Below, one piece after another: positions 42,077 to 50,680 of a stretch of DNA of 64,000 nucleotides. This DNA comes from Candidatus Uhrbacteria bacterium GW2011_GWC2_41_11 (GTDB taxonomy: Bacteria; Patescibacteriota; Patescibacteriia; UBA9934; GWF2-40-263). The notes under the pieces were generated by a model that was not told the DNA's origin, ran no database searches, and worked only from the letters and a program-made list of their open reading frames with translations. Every line of letters starts with the position of its first letter. The stretch's first letter is position 1. Both the position numbers and the translations under genes were made by a program. The stretch is from NCBI GenBank assembly GCA_000996355.1, contig LCAH01000004.1, positions 14,501 through 78,500 on the forward strand, given 5' to 3'.

Positions 42077-42152
42077 GTTTGTATATATTGTTTGACTTAA
42101 AAGATACAAACTGGTATACTTTGTATACATTATAAATAAGATAGATACAAGT
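42076..42152 (+). promoter_or_regulatory. fic promoter overlapped by two inverted-repeat operators
   Basis: TTGACT-N17-TATACT with TG extension; AGTTTGTAT-N19-ATACAAACT and TTGTAT-N18-ATACAA. Confidence 0.65.
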
Positions 42153-42153
42153 T

Positions 42154-43308
42154 ATGCCAAAAGTTGAAATAGGGAAGAATATTCAACAAAAAGAAGGCTT
42201 TAAGGCTTTTATTCCCAATTCTTTTCCACCAAAGGCCGGTTTTGATTTTGATCCCAAAATTCTCAAAAAGAACAATGAGGCTACTCGTCTTCTTGGTAAA
42301 TTAGATGGCATTACAAAGCTTCTTCCTGATGCAGATTTTTTCCTGCTTATGTACCTACGAAAAGATGCCACTTCTTCCAGTCAAATTGAAGGAACAAGGG
42401 CAACAATGATTGACGCGATAGAAGCAGAAGTAAAAATTAATGATAATCCTCCAGAAGATGTTGATGACATTTTGCATTATATAAACGCTCTTAATTATGG
42501 AATAAAAAGAATCACGGCAGATAATTTCCCGATGGCATTAAGATTTGTCAGAGAACTTCATGGAAAATTAATGCAAAAAGCGCGAGCAACACATTTTTCT
42601 GATCCTGGAGAATTTCGAAAAAGCCAAAACTGGATAGGCGGCACGCGGCCAGATAATGCTCGTTTTGTTCCTCCGCCAGTAGATGAAATGCACAAAGCCT
42701 TGAATGATTTTGAATTATTCTTTAATAAAGAAGACTCAACTCCCACTGCAATAAAAGCGGGTCTTATCCATGCTCAATTTGAAACGATTCATCCATTTTT
42801 AGACGGTAACGGAAGAACAGGGAGAATGTTAATCATTTTTTATTTATGGAAAGAAGGATTTTTGGAAAAACCGGTCTTATTTCTATCTTCTTATTTTAAA
42901 AAACATCAAAAAATTTACTATGAAAAATTGGCCTCCTATCAAGGTGAAGAGGTAGATGTTTCGGAATGGATAGAATTTTTCTTGGATGGTGTGATTGAGA
43001 TAGCAAATGAAGCAATTGATATTGTAGGTAAAATTACGACCTTGCGTGAGGAAGATATGAGAAAAATTCAAACTTTTGGAAAAAGAGCATCTGAAAGCGC
43101 GATAGTGGTTTTGCCAAAATTATATGGTCAGCCGATTATAAATAATGCCATTGTTCAAAAATGGACTGGATTTACCCGTGCCGGAGCGCAAACTGTCATT
43201 GATCGATTTATCCAGAAAGGAATTCTTACTCCAAAAGATAAAGACAAAAAATATGGTCAATCTTATGTGTATAGAAAATATTTGGATATTTTCATAGATA
43301 AGAATTAA
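42154..43308 (+). CDS. Fic family protein
   Basis: SSQIEG inhibitory motif; HPFLDGNGRTGR. Confidence 0.95.
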   Translation: MPKVEIGKNIQQKEGFKAFIPNSFPPKAGFDFDPKILKKNNEATRLLGKLDGITKLLPDADFFLLMYLRKDATSSSQIEGTRATMIDAIEAEVKINDNPPEDVDDILHYINALNYGIKRITADNFPMALRFVRELHGKLMQKARATHFSDPGEFRKSQNWIGGTRPDNARFVPPPVDEMHKALNDFELFFNKEDSTPTAIKAGLIHAQFETIHPFLDGNGRTGRMLIIFYLWKEGFLEKPVLFLSSYFKKHQKIYYEKLASYQGEEVDVSEWIEFFLDGVIEIANEAIDIVGKITTLREEDMRKIQTFGKRASESAIVVLPKLYGQPIINNAIVQKWTGFTRAGAQTVIDRFIQKGILTPKDKDKKYGQSYVYRKYLDIFIDKN

Positions 43309-43312
43309 TTTT

Positions 43313-45706
43313 ATGAACGAAGCAGAAACAAGGGCCGAATATATTGATCCAAAACTCAAAGCGAGTGGTTGGGGTGATGTCGAAGGGTCAAAAGTTCTGC
43401 GCGAATTTCGCATTACTGACGGCAAAATCCAAACAGGGGGAACAAGAAGTAAGCCGGAGATTGCCGACTATATTTTGGTATATAAAAATCAAAAGATTGG
43501 CGTGATAGAAGCCAAAGCGGAGAGTTTGTCTGTCACCGAAGGAGTGGTGCAAGCAAAAGCGTATGCCGAAAAATTGCATATTGATTATACATACGCTACC
43601 AACGGCAGAGAGATTTATGCCATATCCATGAAAACCGGCGAGGAAGGCGAGATTGCCGATTTCCCAACCCCTGACGAACTTTGGAACAAAACTTTTGCAG
43701 ACTGGAACGAATGGAAAGAAAAATTTGCGAGTGTCCCAAATGAAGGCGAATATGGCAAACGTTATTATCAAGAAATTGCCATCAATAATGTTTTAAATGC
43801 AGTGGCTGAAGAAAAAGACAGACTACTTTTAACAATGGCGACCGGAACCGGAAAAACCGCCGTGGCTTTTCAAATAGCGTGGAAACTTTTTCAAACTCGC
43901 TGGAATTTGAAACGAGATGGCGCGCGAAGACCGCGAATTTTATTTTTGGCAGATAGAAATATTTTAGCCGATCAAGCGTTCAATGCATTTTCTGCTTTTG
44001 ATAAAGATGCGCTGGTACGAATCAACCCGCTGGATATTCGCAAAAAGGGCGGAGTGCCGATGAGCGGAAGTGTTTATTTTACAATCTTTCAAACTTTTAT
44101 GAGCGGTCCGGACGGAACGCCGTATTTTGGCGATTATCCGGCAGACTTTTTTGACTTTATTATTATTGACGAGTGTCATCGAGGTGGTGCGAACGACGAA
44201 AGCAACTGGCGCGGTATTTTAGATTATTTTTCTCCCGCTGTTCAACTCGGTCTTACTGCCACACCAAGACGACAAGACAATGTGGATACTTACCGATATT
44301 TTGGCAAACCGATTTATACTTATTCGCTCAAAGAGGGCGTAAATGATGGATTTTTGACACCTTTTAAAGTCAAAAGGATTAAAACTACGCTGGACGATTA
44401 TGTTTATACCTCGGACGACCAGATTATTGAGGGTGAAGTAGAAGAAGGCAAAATCTATGAAGAGCCGGATTTCAACAAAATTATTGTTATCAAAGAACGC
44501 GAAGCCAAAAGGGTGCGAATTATTTTGGATGAAATAAATCAAAATGAAAAAACGATCATTTTCTGTGCTACGCAAAATCATGCTTTGGCGGTTCGTGATT
44601 TAGTAAATCAGATGAAAGAAAGCAAAGATCCGAATTATTGCGTCCGAGTAACTGCCAACGATGGCGCGCGCGGAGAACAATTTCTGCGCGAATTTCAGGA
44701 CAATGAAAAAACAATCCCCACTATTTTAACAACTTCGCAAAAACTTTCTACCGGCGTGGACGCGCGAAATATCCGCAATATTGTTTTGATGAGACCGGTT
44801 AATTCTATGATTGAATTTAAGCAGATTATCGGTCGCGGAACGAGGCTTTTTGACGGCAAGGAATATTTTACCATTTATGATTTTGTGGACGCGTATAAAC
44901 ATTTTTCTGATCCAGAATGGGACGGCGAGCCAATAGAGGAAGCCTGCTCAAAATGCGGTCAAAATCCTTGTATTTGCGAAGTAAAACCACCGCGCGTTTG
45001 TAATGTTTGCGGACAAAGCCCTTGTGTATGCGAAAAACCGCCCAAAATATGCCCTGTTTGCGGAAAAGACCCTTGCGAGTGTGAGAATCCACCAAAGAAA
45101 AAACTGAAAATAAAATTGCGTGATGGAAAAGAGCGTGAAATTCAACACATGATTTCGACTTCATTTTATAGCGCGGACGGAAAACCAATTTCGATTCAAG
45201 AGTTTATGGATAATATGTTTGGAGCTATGCCGGAATTTTTCAAGAGCGAAGAAGAACTCCGAAAAATTTGGTCAAATCCAACGACCAGAAAAGCATTTTT
45301 GGATAGTATTGCTGAAAAAGGTTTTGGCAAAGACGAATTGGAAACACTGCAAAAGATGATTGATGCCGAGCAAAGCGATCTTTTTGATGTTTTGACTTAT
45401 GTATCATTTTTAACACAGCCAATCTCAAGAACACAAAGAGTGGAGCAATCAAAAGACAAAATCTTTAAAGGACTAGATGAAAAGCAAAAAGAATTTTTGG
45501 ATTTTGTATTGTCTAAATACGAAGAAAAAGGAGTTGAGGAGCTGGACGAAGAAAAATTACCGGTATTGCTCAATTTGAAATATCACGCAATTGCAAACGC
45601 AGAACAATCGCTTGGAAGCGTAGATAGTATTCGTTCAATATTCTTTGCTTTTCAGAAAAATTTGTATGCAAAAGTAAAAAAAGAATATGTTTATACTCCA
45701 AAATAA
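43313..45706 (+). CDS. hsdR: Type I RM restriction subunit (EcoAI/EcoEI-like)
   Basis: ADY..IEAK, MATGTGKT, DECH, TATP, QIIGRGTR. Confidence 0.95.
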   Translation: MNEAETRAEYIDPKLKASGWGDVEGSKVLREFRITDGKIQTGGTRSKPEIADYILVYKNQKIGVIEAKAESLSVTEGVVQAKAYAEKLHIDYTYATNGREIYAISMKTGEEGEIADFPTPDELWNKTFADWNEWKEKFASVPNEGEYGKRYYQEIAINNVLNAVAEEKDRLLLTMATGTGKTAVAFQIAWKLFQTRWNLKRDGARRPRILFLADRNILADQAFNAFSAFDKDALVRINPLDIRKKGGVPMSGSVYFTIFQTFMSGPDGTPYFGDYPADFFDFIIIDECHRGGANDESNWRGILDYFSPAVQLGLTATPRRQDNVDTYRYFGKPIYTYSLKEGVNDGFLTPFKVKRIKTTLDDYVYTSDDQIIEGEVEEGKIYEEPDFNKIIVIKEREAKRVRIILDEINQNEKTIIFCATQNHALAVRDLVNQMKESKDPNYCVRVTANDGARGEQFLREFQDNEKTIPTILTTSQKLSTGVDARNIRNIVLMRPVNSMIEFKQIIGRGTRLFDGKEYFTIYDFVDAYKHFSDPEWDGEPIEEACSKCGQNPCICEVKPPRVCNVCGQSPCVCEKPPKICPVCGKDPCECENPPKKKLKIKLRDGKEREIQHMISTSFYSADGKPISIQEFMDNMFGAMPEFFKSEEELRKIWSNPTTRKAFLDSIAEKGFGKDELETLQKMIDAEQSDLFDVLTYVSFLTQPISRTQRVEQSKDKIFKGLDEKQKEFLDFVLSKYEEKGVEELDEEKLPVLLNLKYHAIANAEQSLGSVDSIRSIFFAFQKNLYAKVKKEYVYTPK

Positions 45707-45979
45707 TCCACCTCATTTTTTCCTTTATCTGACTTTGGTTTTGGTGTCTCAAACCATTCAGGGTGGATCTTGAAGATACGCCTTAATTCCTGTATACTTT
45801 TATCAATATCCTTGAATTTGAACCACCTTTTCGGTTCAAACATCGGGACATTGCCACCGCCAGGACAATTTCTTATCGTGCAACGCACTTACTGACGTAA
45901 GTGAGGCGACCGATAGGGATGTGTCCAATAATAAAATGACTCCGCATTGGAAACTTTGTTTCAGTTTTTTCACCGGCCA

Positions 45980-46498
45980 TTAAAATACCTTTTCATCGTC
46001 CATTTTCATCGAATCGACAAGGTGCTGGAAAACTGCATCTTCGCTTGAGGACACTTCTCCGTTTAACCCCTCTCCCTCATACTTTGAAACACTGATGCTT
46101 ATTGTGGGCGTCTCGTTGGTGAAATACACCTCAGTAGATGCCATACCTTTTAATGAATAGATAGTTTTACTGTCGAGTCGTTCCACTTGTACTTCTGGTG
46201 CTCCAGTTGGTCTAGGGTCATCCCAACCCGCATAGATTGCCGCACCTTCCTTGAATTGGTTGAATGAGACGACGTAGCTATCCTCCTCGTATTGGAATTT
46301 CCACACATCCTCAAAACCATTTACTCCATCACGCAGTGTTGAGCCGGTAGGAACATCGAAAGAAATATTAGTCTCCTGATTGCTGTAGGTGACATAGGAG
46401 ATAGCTTGTTCACTTGGTTGTTGGTCGGTGTTGAGACAACCAGCACCGGTCAATACAAGACCTAGTGCACCTAGAAAAAATAAATGCTGTATACGCAT
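45980..46498 (-). CDS. Lipoprotein
   Basis: Signal peptide ending LTGAGC. Confidence 0.8.
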   Translation of the reverse strand: MRIQHLFFLGALGLVLTGAGCLNTDQQPSEQAISYVTYSNQETNISFDVPTGSTLRDGVNGFEDVWKFQYEEDSYVVSFNQFKEGAAIYAGWDDPRPTGAPEVQVERLDSKTIYSLKGMASTEVYFTNETPTISISVSKYEGEGLNGEVSSSEDAVFQHLVDSMKMDDEKVF

Positions 46499-46594
46499 AA
46501 GTAAGGTTAGATGTTTTTTATCATTGCGCCATATATAGGCGGAGGCCTTAATCGAGTCACGTACACGTTGTTATATGATGTAATGAAAAAATCA

Positions 46595-47002
46595 TTAATT
46601 TCGTTGCCTAAGTTTATCGATTAATTTTTCGAGATCATTTCTATCGTCTATTCTATCTCCTTTAGTATTAAGAATGGCACTCATACCAGCAAAGCTATGA
46701 GAATCTAATAATCTTTTAGCGACTGATGCAAACGTCTCCACTTGTCTTATTACAGAGTATTTAGTGTTTTCATCTAAGTCATTAACAGCCTCTTTTAGTT
46801 GATCCGATAATCCTATAAGTAAGTTGGCAGACTCTCTACTTTTGGATATATACTCTTCTCTGTTCCGACGGTTAAGTGCTTCATCGGATTCATTGATCAA
46901 CATGCGGAATCTTGTAGCAACATCTTCCATAATTTTTATTGCTTTCGGTGTTGATTTTGGTTTTATTTCGAGTGACTCATTCCCCATTTTTTCATTGGTC
47001 AT
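46595..47002 (-). CDS. Hypothetical helical protein
   Basis: 135-aa ORF co-oriented with neighbours. Confidence 0.7.
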   Translation of the reverse strand: MTNEKMGNESLEIKPKSTPKAIKIMEDVATRFRMLINESDEALNRRNREEYISKSRESANLLIGLSDQLKEAVNDLDENTKYSVIRQVETFASVAKRLLDSHSFAGMSAILNTKGDRIDDRNDLEKLIDKLRQRN

Positions 47003-47038
47003 AGGATTATTAGTTTAGAAAATCAGTCTTATTTGCGA

Positions 47039-47833
47039 TTATTTTTTTTTCGCCATTGTTAATGTTATTGCAAAATGTTTCATTATGCTTCCGTTGAACT
47101 CTTCATTGATCAATTGTTCAATTGCGGTCATAAAATTTGCGCGACTTTGCGATTCCATTGAAATTTGGGGTGAGTAAGTACTGAGCAACTGAGTATATTC
47201 TTTGGCGGTGTATTGAATCGCAAGCGGAAAGGCTTGGAAGAAAACTTGTTTAAAAAGTTCTTCGTCAACTTTATCTGTTGATAATTCTGATGTACGGCTG
47301 AATTTTAAATTTTCATCATATGTTCCTCCTGGCTTATACTGTTTGTAAATAGGCTGTGAGGCTAAAAGAAACTCGTCTCCTTTTTCGTCGGAAACATGAC
47401 AGGTGTTTATGATGGCCAAATAGCCACCATTTTTCAAAAGTTTGTGAGGTCTACTAAATTTAATTTCTGGTTTTATCCAATGAAATGCAGTTGCGGAATA
47501 AACTAAATCAAAAGTCGACTGTGGCAATTCAACATCTTCAAAAGCTCCTGTCATTATTTTTACCTTATTATATTTTTCAGTATTTTTACTTGCGACATCA
47601 GCAAGGGCGGATCCCAATTCAATACCAATTATTTCATAACCACGTTCAGCAAAGGGTATTGTTGCTTGGCCTGTACCGGGTCCAATTTCCACAAGTTTCG
47701 AGTCTGGTTGTAAATCGGCTGTTTTAACGATAGTATCGAAAAGTTCAGCAGGATAATGAGGCCTAATTAAATCGTATAGCTGAGCTTCTTCATCAAATGT
47801 TTTTCGTAAATCGATGTTGTTGTTATTTTGCAT
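47039..47833 (-). CDS. Class I SAM-dependent methyltransferase
   Basis: Y...RP.YP, EIGPGTGQAT, SATAFHW. Confidence 0.92.
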   Translation of the reverse strand: MQNNNNIDLRKTFDEEAQLYDLIRPHYPAELFDTIVKTADLQPDSKLVEIGPGTGQATIPFAERGYEIIGIELGSALADVASKNTEKYNKVKIMTGAFEDVELPQSTFDLVYSATAFHWIKPEIKFSRPHKLLKNGGYLAIINTCHVSDEKGDEFLLASQPIYKQYKPGGTYDENLKFSRTSELSTDKVDEELFKQVFFQAFPLAIQYTAKEYTQLLSTYSPQISMESQSRANFMTAIEQLINEEFNGSIMKHFAITLTMAKKK

Positions 47834-47896
47834 ACTCAAATATATTAAAAGTTTTTGGAATGCTAGCGGAGAAAAGCACTATCAACTCGCTTTTAT

Positions 47897-48124
47897 TTAT
47901 CCAATATATTTAAAACGAGGAATTTCTTTGCCCTCAATATTTACCGTTTCAAGGAATATACTTTTTGGTCTTGCCCATAAAGCATTTTCCCCAAATTCTT
48001 CAGAATGATAAAGTGCTTTGTAAATTACTAATTCTTCCAATGTTTCACTATGTCTAGCAAAACCAATAACTTCGTATTCCTTGCCTTTGTAATGTCCATA
48101 CTTTCCGAGTTTCAGTTCATTCAT
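47897..48124 (-). CDS. DUF1653 family protein
   Basis: HYKG..YEV...ARHSET.E..V.Y.ALY, WARP, PRF. Confidence 0.9.
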   Translation of the reverse strand: MNELKLGKYGHYKGKEYEVIGFARHSETLEELVIYKALYHSEEFGENALWARPKSIFLETVNIEGKEIPRFKYIG

Positions 48125-48245
48125 AATATTTGATTATAAATTTTTAATGGGTCGATGGAATAAAGACTGCGAACATAGTGTGGAATATTTTTGTTTAAAG
48201 AGCAAAATCGTCTATAATAAAGGTATTATTTATAAATATCACACT

Positions 48246-48479
48246 ATGATGTACGGATTTGAACAATGGGGATTAGGATTCGGCGGAGGTATGTCGTTTA
48301 CATTCGTCCTTCTTATCCTTTGGTCTTTTTTTTGGAGAGGTCTGGCTCTTTGGCATGCGGCAAAACGAAAAGAACCACGGTGGTTTATAGCTCTCCTTCT
48401 TTTAAACACAGCTGGAATTTTGGAAATTATCTATCTTTTTGCCATAGCGAAGATAAAAAAAGAGGATTTATTTCGATGA
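48246..48479 (+). CDS. DUF5652-like small membrane protein
   Basis: WS..W.G.ALW.AA, WF..LL.LNT.GILEIIYL. Confidence 0.85.
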   Translation: MMYGFEQWGLGFGGGMSFTFVLLILWSFFWRGLALWHAAKRKEPRWFIALLLLNTAGILEIIYLFAIAKIKKEDLFR

Positions 48480-48502
48480 ATTTTTAGGATGACTTATCAT
48501 GT

Positions 48503-49573
48503 ATGGACGGTCTTACTCGTTTTTCTGGGAAGGAGACGGAACCAAAGACAGCTCGAATAGAGCTAAAAGAGATGAAAGGATTCCCTGAGAGTATCCAGGA
48601 ACTTTTTCAAGCAGTTCCAAAATCTGTTCAAGAAAGAATTATTTCCGAAATCAAAAGAGAACCCACCGAATCTTTCGAAGATAATAAGAAAAGCCTAGAA
48701 GAAATGGTTGCGAGTTTTGACCCAGAGACGCGAGAAAAATTCATGGAACATTGTTTAGGTGAATTATTTTATGTTGCTGAATTCAGAGAGAGGATAGAAA
48801 CTTTTTTTCAGGAAGGAGACATCAAACAAGAAATAACGAGATTGTTGGATGTTTTATGGAAAAATAGAGAAAAGAAAAAGGAAGAAGTCACATTATTCAA
48901 TGAACCATACTATCATTGTTTTGAAGAAGAACGGAGAATAGTATTGGAAAAAATTGAGGAGAAAAAGAGTGAAGAAGAAAAACAAAAATTAAGTCTTTCC
49001 AAAACAGAAGGTCAAAGACGATTGACTGAGACAAAGAGAAAACAATTACACCAACTTCAAGATGAGCTCACCTCTTTTATAAAAGAACGAGAAAATTTAG
49101 ATTTCCGATATCATAATTGGATTGGTTATGGAAAAGGTGGTATTTCCTGGCGTCAAAGAAAAGAAAAAGAGTGGACAGAAGGGATTGCTCTCGTTACTCA
49201 ATATGTAGATCCAACAGAATTTGCAACAGCGATCGGAGAACAATTAGACAGAACATTTGCTCAAATAAAACGTATCGTAGAAACAAAAAAAGTTTACGGT
49301 AGACCTGGCTCTGCTGAAGCTATCGAACGAGCAAGAAGAATAAGTTCGTCCATAGATGAGGCGATTCAAAGGTGGGCTGAAGTTCATGAGACAGAAGGCT
49401 CTTTGAAAAGTCATTCTGAAGCAAAGAGTGAGGAACGAATGGAAAAGGTTTTGATGTATGTAAGATCATTGATGGAGTCGTATCAAAAATTTCGAAAAGA
49501 GGGAAAAAGTGATGAGGATTTGATTTACACGATCCGACAAATAGAAATATCCTTACGACTTTTGGGAAAATAA
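48503..49573 (+). CDS. Hypothetical charged coiled-coil protein
   Basis: 356-aa E/K-rich ORF. Confidence 0.75.
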   Translation: MDGLTRFSGKETEPKTARIELKEMKGFPESIQELFQAVPKSVQERIISEIKREPTESFEDNKKSLEEMVASFDPETREKFMEHCLGELFYVAEFRERIETFFQEGDIKQEITRLLDVLWKNREKKKEEVTLFNEPYYHCFEEERRIVLEKIEEKKSEEEKQKLSLSKTEGQRRLTETKRKQLHQLQDELTSFIKERENLDFRYHNWIGYGKGGISWRQRKEKEWTEGIALVTQYVDPTEFATAIGEQLDRTFAQIKRIVETKKVYGRPGSAEAIERARRISSSIDEAIQRWAEVHETEGSLKSHSEAKSEERMEKVLMYVRSLMESYQKFRKEGKSDEDLIYTIRQIEISLRLLGK

Positions 49574-49612
49574 AAATTCGAGTCAGAGAATAAAAGACTC
49601 GAATGTCGTTTT

Positions 49613-50011
49613 TTAACCCAACCATACACCCCCACCAACATACTTCCAGCCTTTTTTGTGCTGTTTGCGGAAGCTGTTCCACGTTTTTTGTATAATTTCT
49701 TTCCAATCAGGGATCAATGATTGGTCAGAGGTGATTATGAAATCATCTTGCGAAAGTTCGATGTTCCATACACACTGTTTTTCATCAACAACCAAAAATG
49801 TTATAGGTGAAAAGAAAGGTTGGTTATGATATTTTTGAATGAGATGAATCATGGCGGCTTTTAAATCTTCACAAAGGACTGTGTAGGATGTTTGTTTTAA
49901 TCCTTTTTCATCTACTTCAGAAATAAAGAAATTTGGCATGACCTGTTCCTTTTGTATGAGATTTTGTAGAAGAACTGCGTCGAGTACATCATAAAAATGT
50001 ATGAGATGCAA
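49613..50011 (-). CDS. Hypothetical protein
   Basis: 132-aa ORF; start uncertain. Confidence 0.55.
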   Translation of the reverse strand: MHLIHFYDVLDAVLLQNLIQKEQVMPNFFISEVDEKGLKQTSYTVLCEDLKAAMIHLIQKYHNQPFFSPITFLVVDEKQCVWNIELSQDDFIITSDQSLIPDWKEIIQKTWNSFRKQHKKGWKYVGGGVWLG

Positions 50012-50079
50012 GAGTCTAACTATTTTTTCAATTTTTGTTATTCTGAATAAAAAATAATTGTTGTGAATGAAAATTTTTT

Positions 50080-50625
50080 ATGCAGAAAATAGATATTGTA
50101 CATATTATTGAAGAGGATGAATGTATGATGAAGGTTCTTCGTGCTGTTTATACTCTTCAACTTCCAGATTGGTGGATTGGGGCTGGGTTTATTCGAAATA
50201 AAATTTGGGATATGCTTCAAGGTGAAGGATGTGTTCCTCCTGGAGATATTGATGTTGTGTATTTTGATCCAGCGAATCTTTTGGAAGATCAGGAAAAAAT
50301 ATATGAACATCAATTAGAAAATATTTATCCAACAGGAAAATGGTCTGTAAAAAATATGGCACGCATGCATGTTGTGAATGGAGATGATCCGTATGTTTCA
50401 TCGCTGGATGCGATTGCTCACTGGCCAGAAACAGCCACAGCTGTTGCTGTGACTCTTGATGAATCTGAAAAAGTTTTATTTCAAACTCCTCATGGAGCAG
50501 ATGATCTCTTGCAAATGATTATTCGTCCGACTCCTGTCTTTAAAAAGAAGCTTGAGGAATTTCGTAGGCGTACCGAAAAAAAGAATTGGAAAGAAAAATG
50601 GTCAAAGGTTCAGATAAAGGGTTAG
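50080..50625 (+). CDS. Nucleotidyltransferase family (DUF925-like)
   Basis: GAGFIRN.IWD, DIDVVYFD, VKN.ARMH, WPETATA. Confidence 0.9.
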   Translation: MQKIDIVHIIEEDECMMKVLRAVYTLQLPDWWIGAGFIRNKIWDMLQGEGCVPPGDIDVVYFDPANLLEDQEKIYEHQLENIYPTGKWSVKNMARMHVVNGDDPYVSSLDAIAHWPETATAVAVTLDESEKVLFQTPHGADDLLQMIIRPTPVFKKKLEEFRRRTEKKNWKEKWSKVQIKG

Positions 50626-50680
50626 TCGCTCTTTTTCTTTGTTTTTGCTATGATCAGCTGGAAAAGTTTCATTTGTTTAT

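Larger units (their letters stand above)
36852..45871. mobile_element. Genomic island at the tRNA-Ser 3' end, bounded by a 15-bp direct repeat; no integrase inside
   Basis: CCGCCAGGACAATTT at 36852-36866 and 45857-45871; defence cargo. Confidence 0.8.

Noticed and set aside
46525-46590. Integron attC site (ATATAAC after a stop codon on the minus strand)
   Set aside because: No matching GTTRRRY end or long inverted repeat, and no intI in the window; at most a remnant.
48147-48200. Possible recombinase-tail or att remnant (TGG...CGAAC)
   Set aside because: Similarity to a reversed tRNA 3' end is too weak, with the wrong spacing and orientation.
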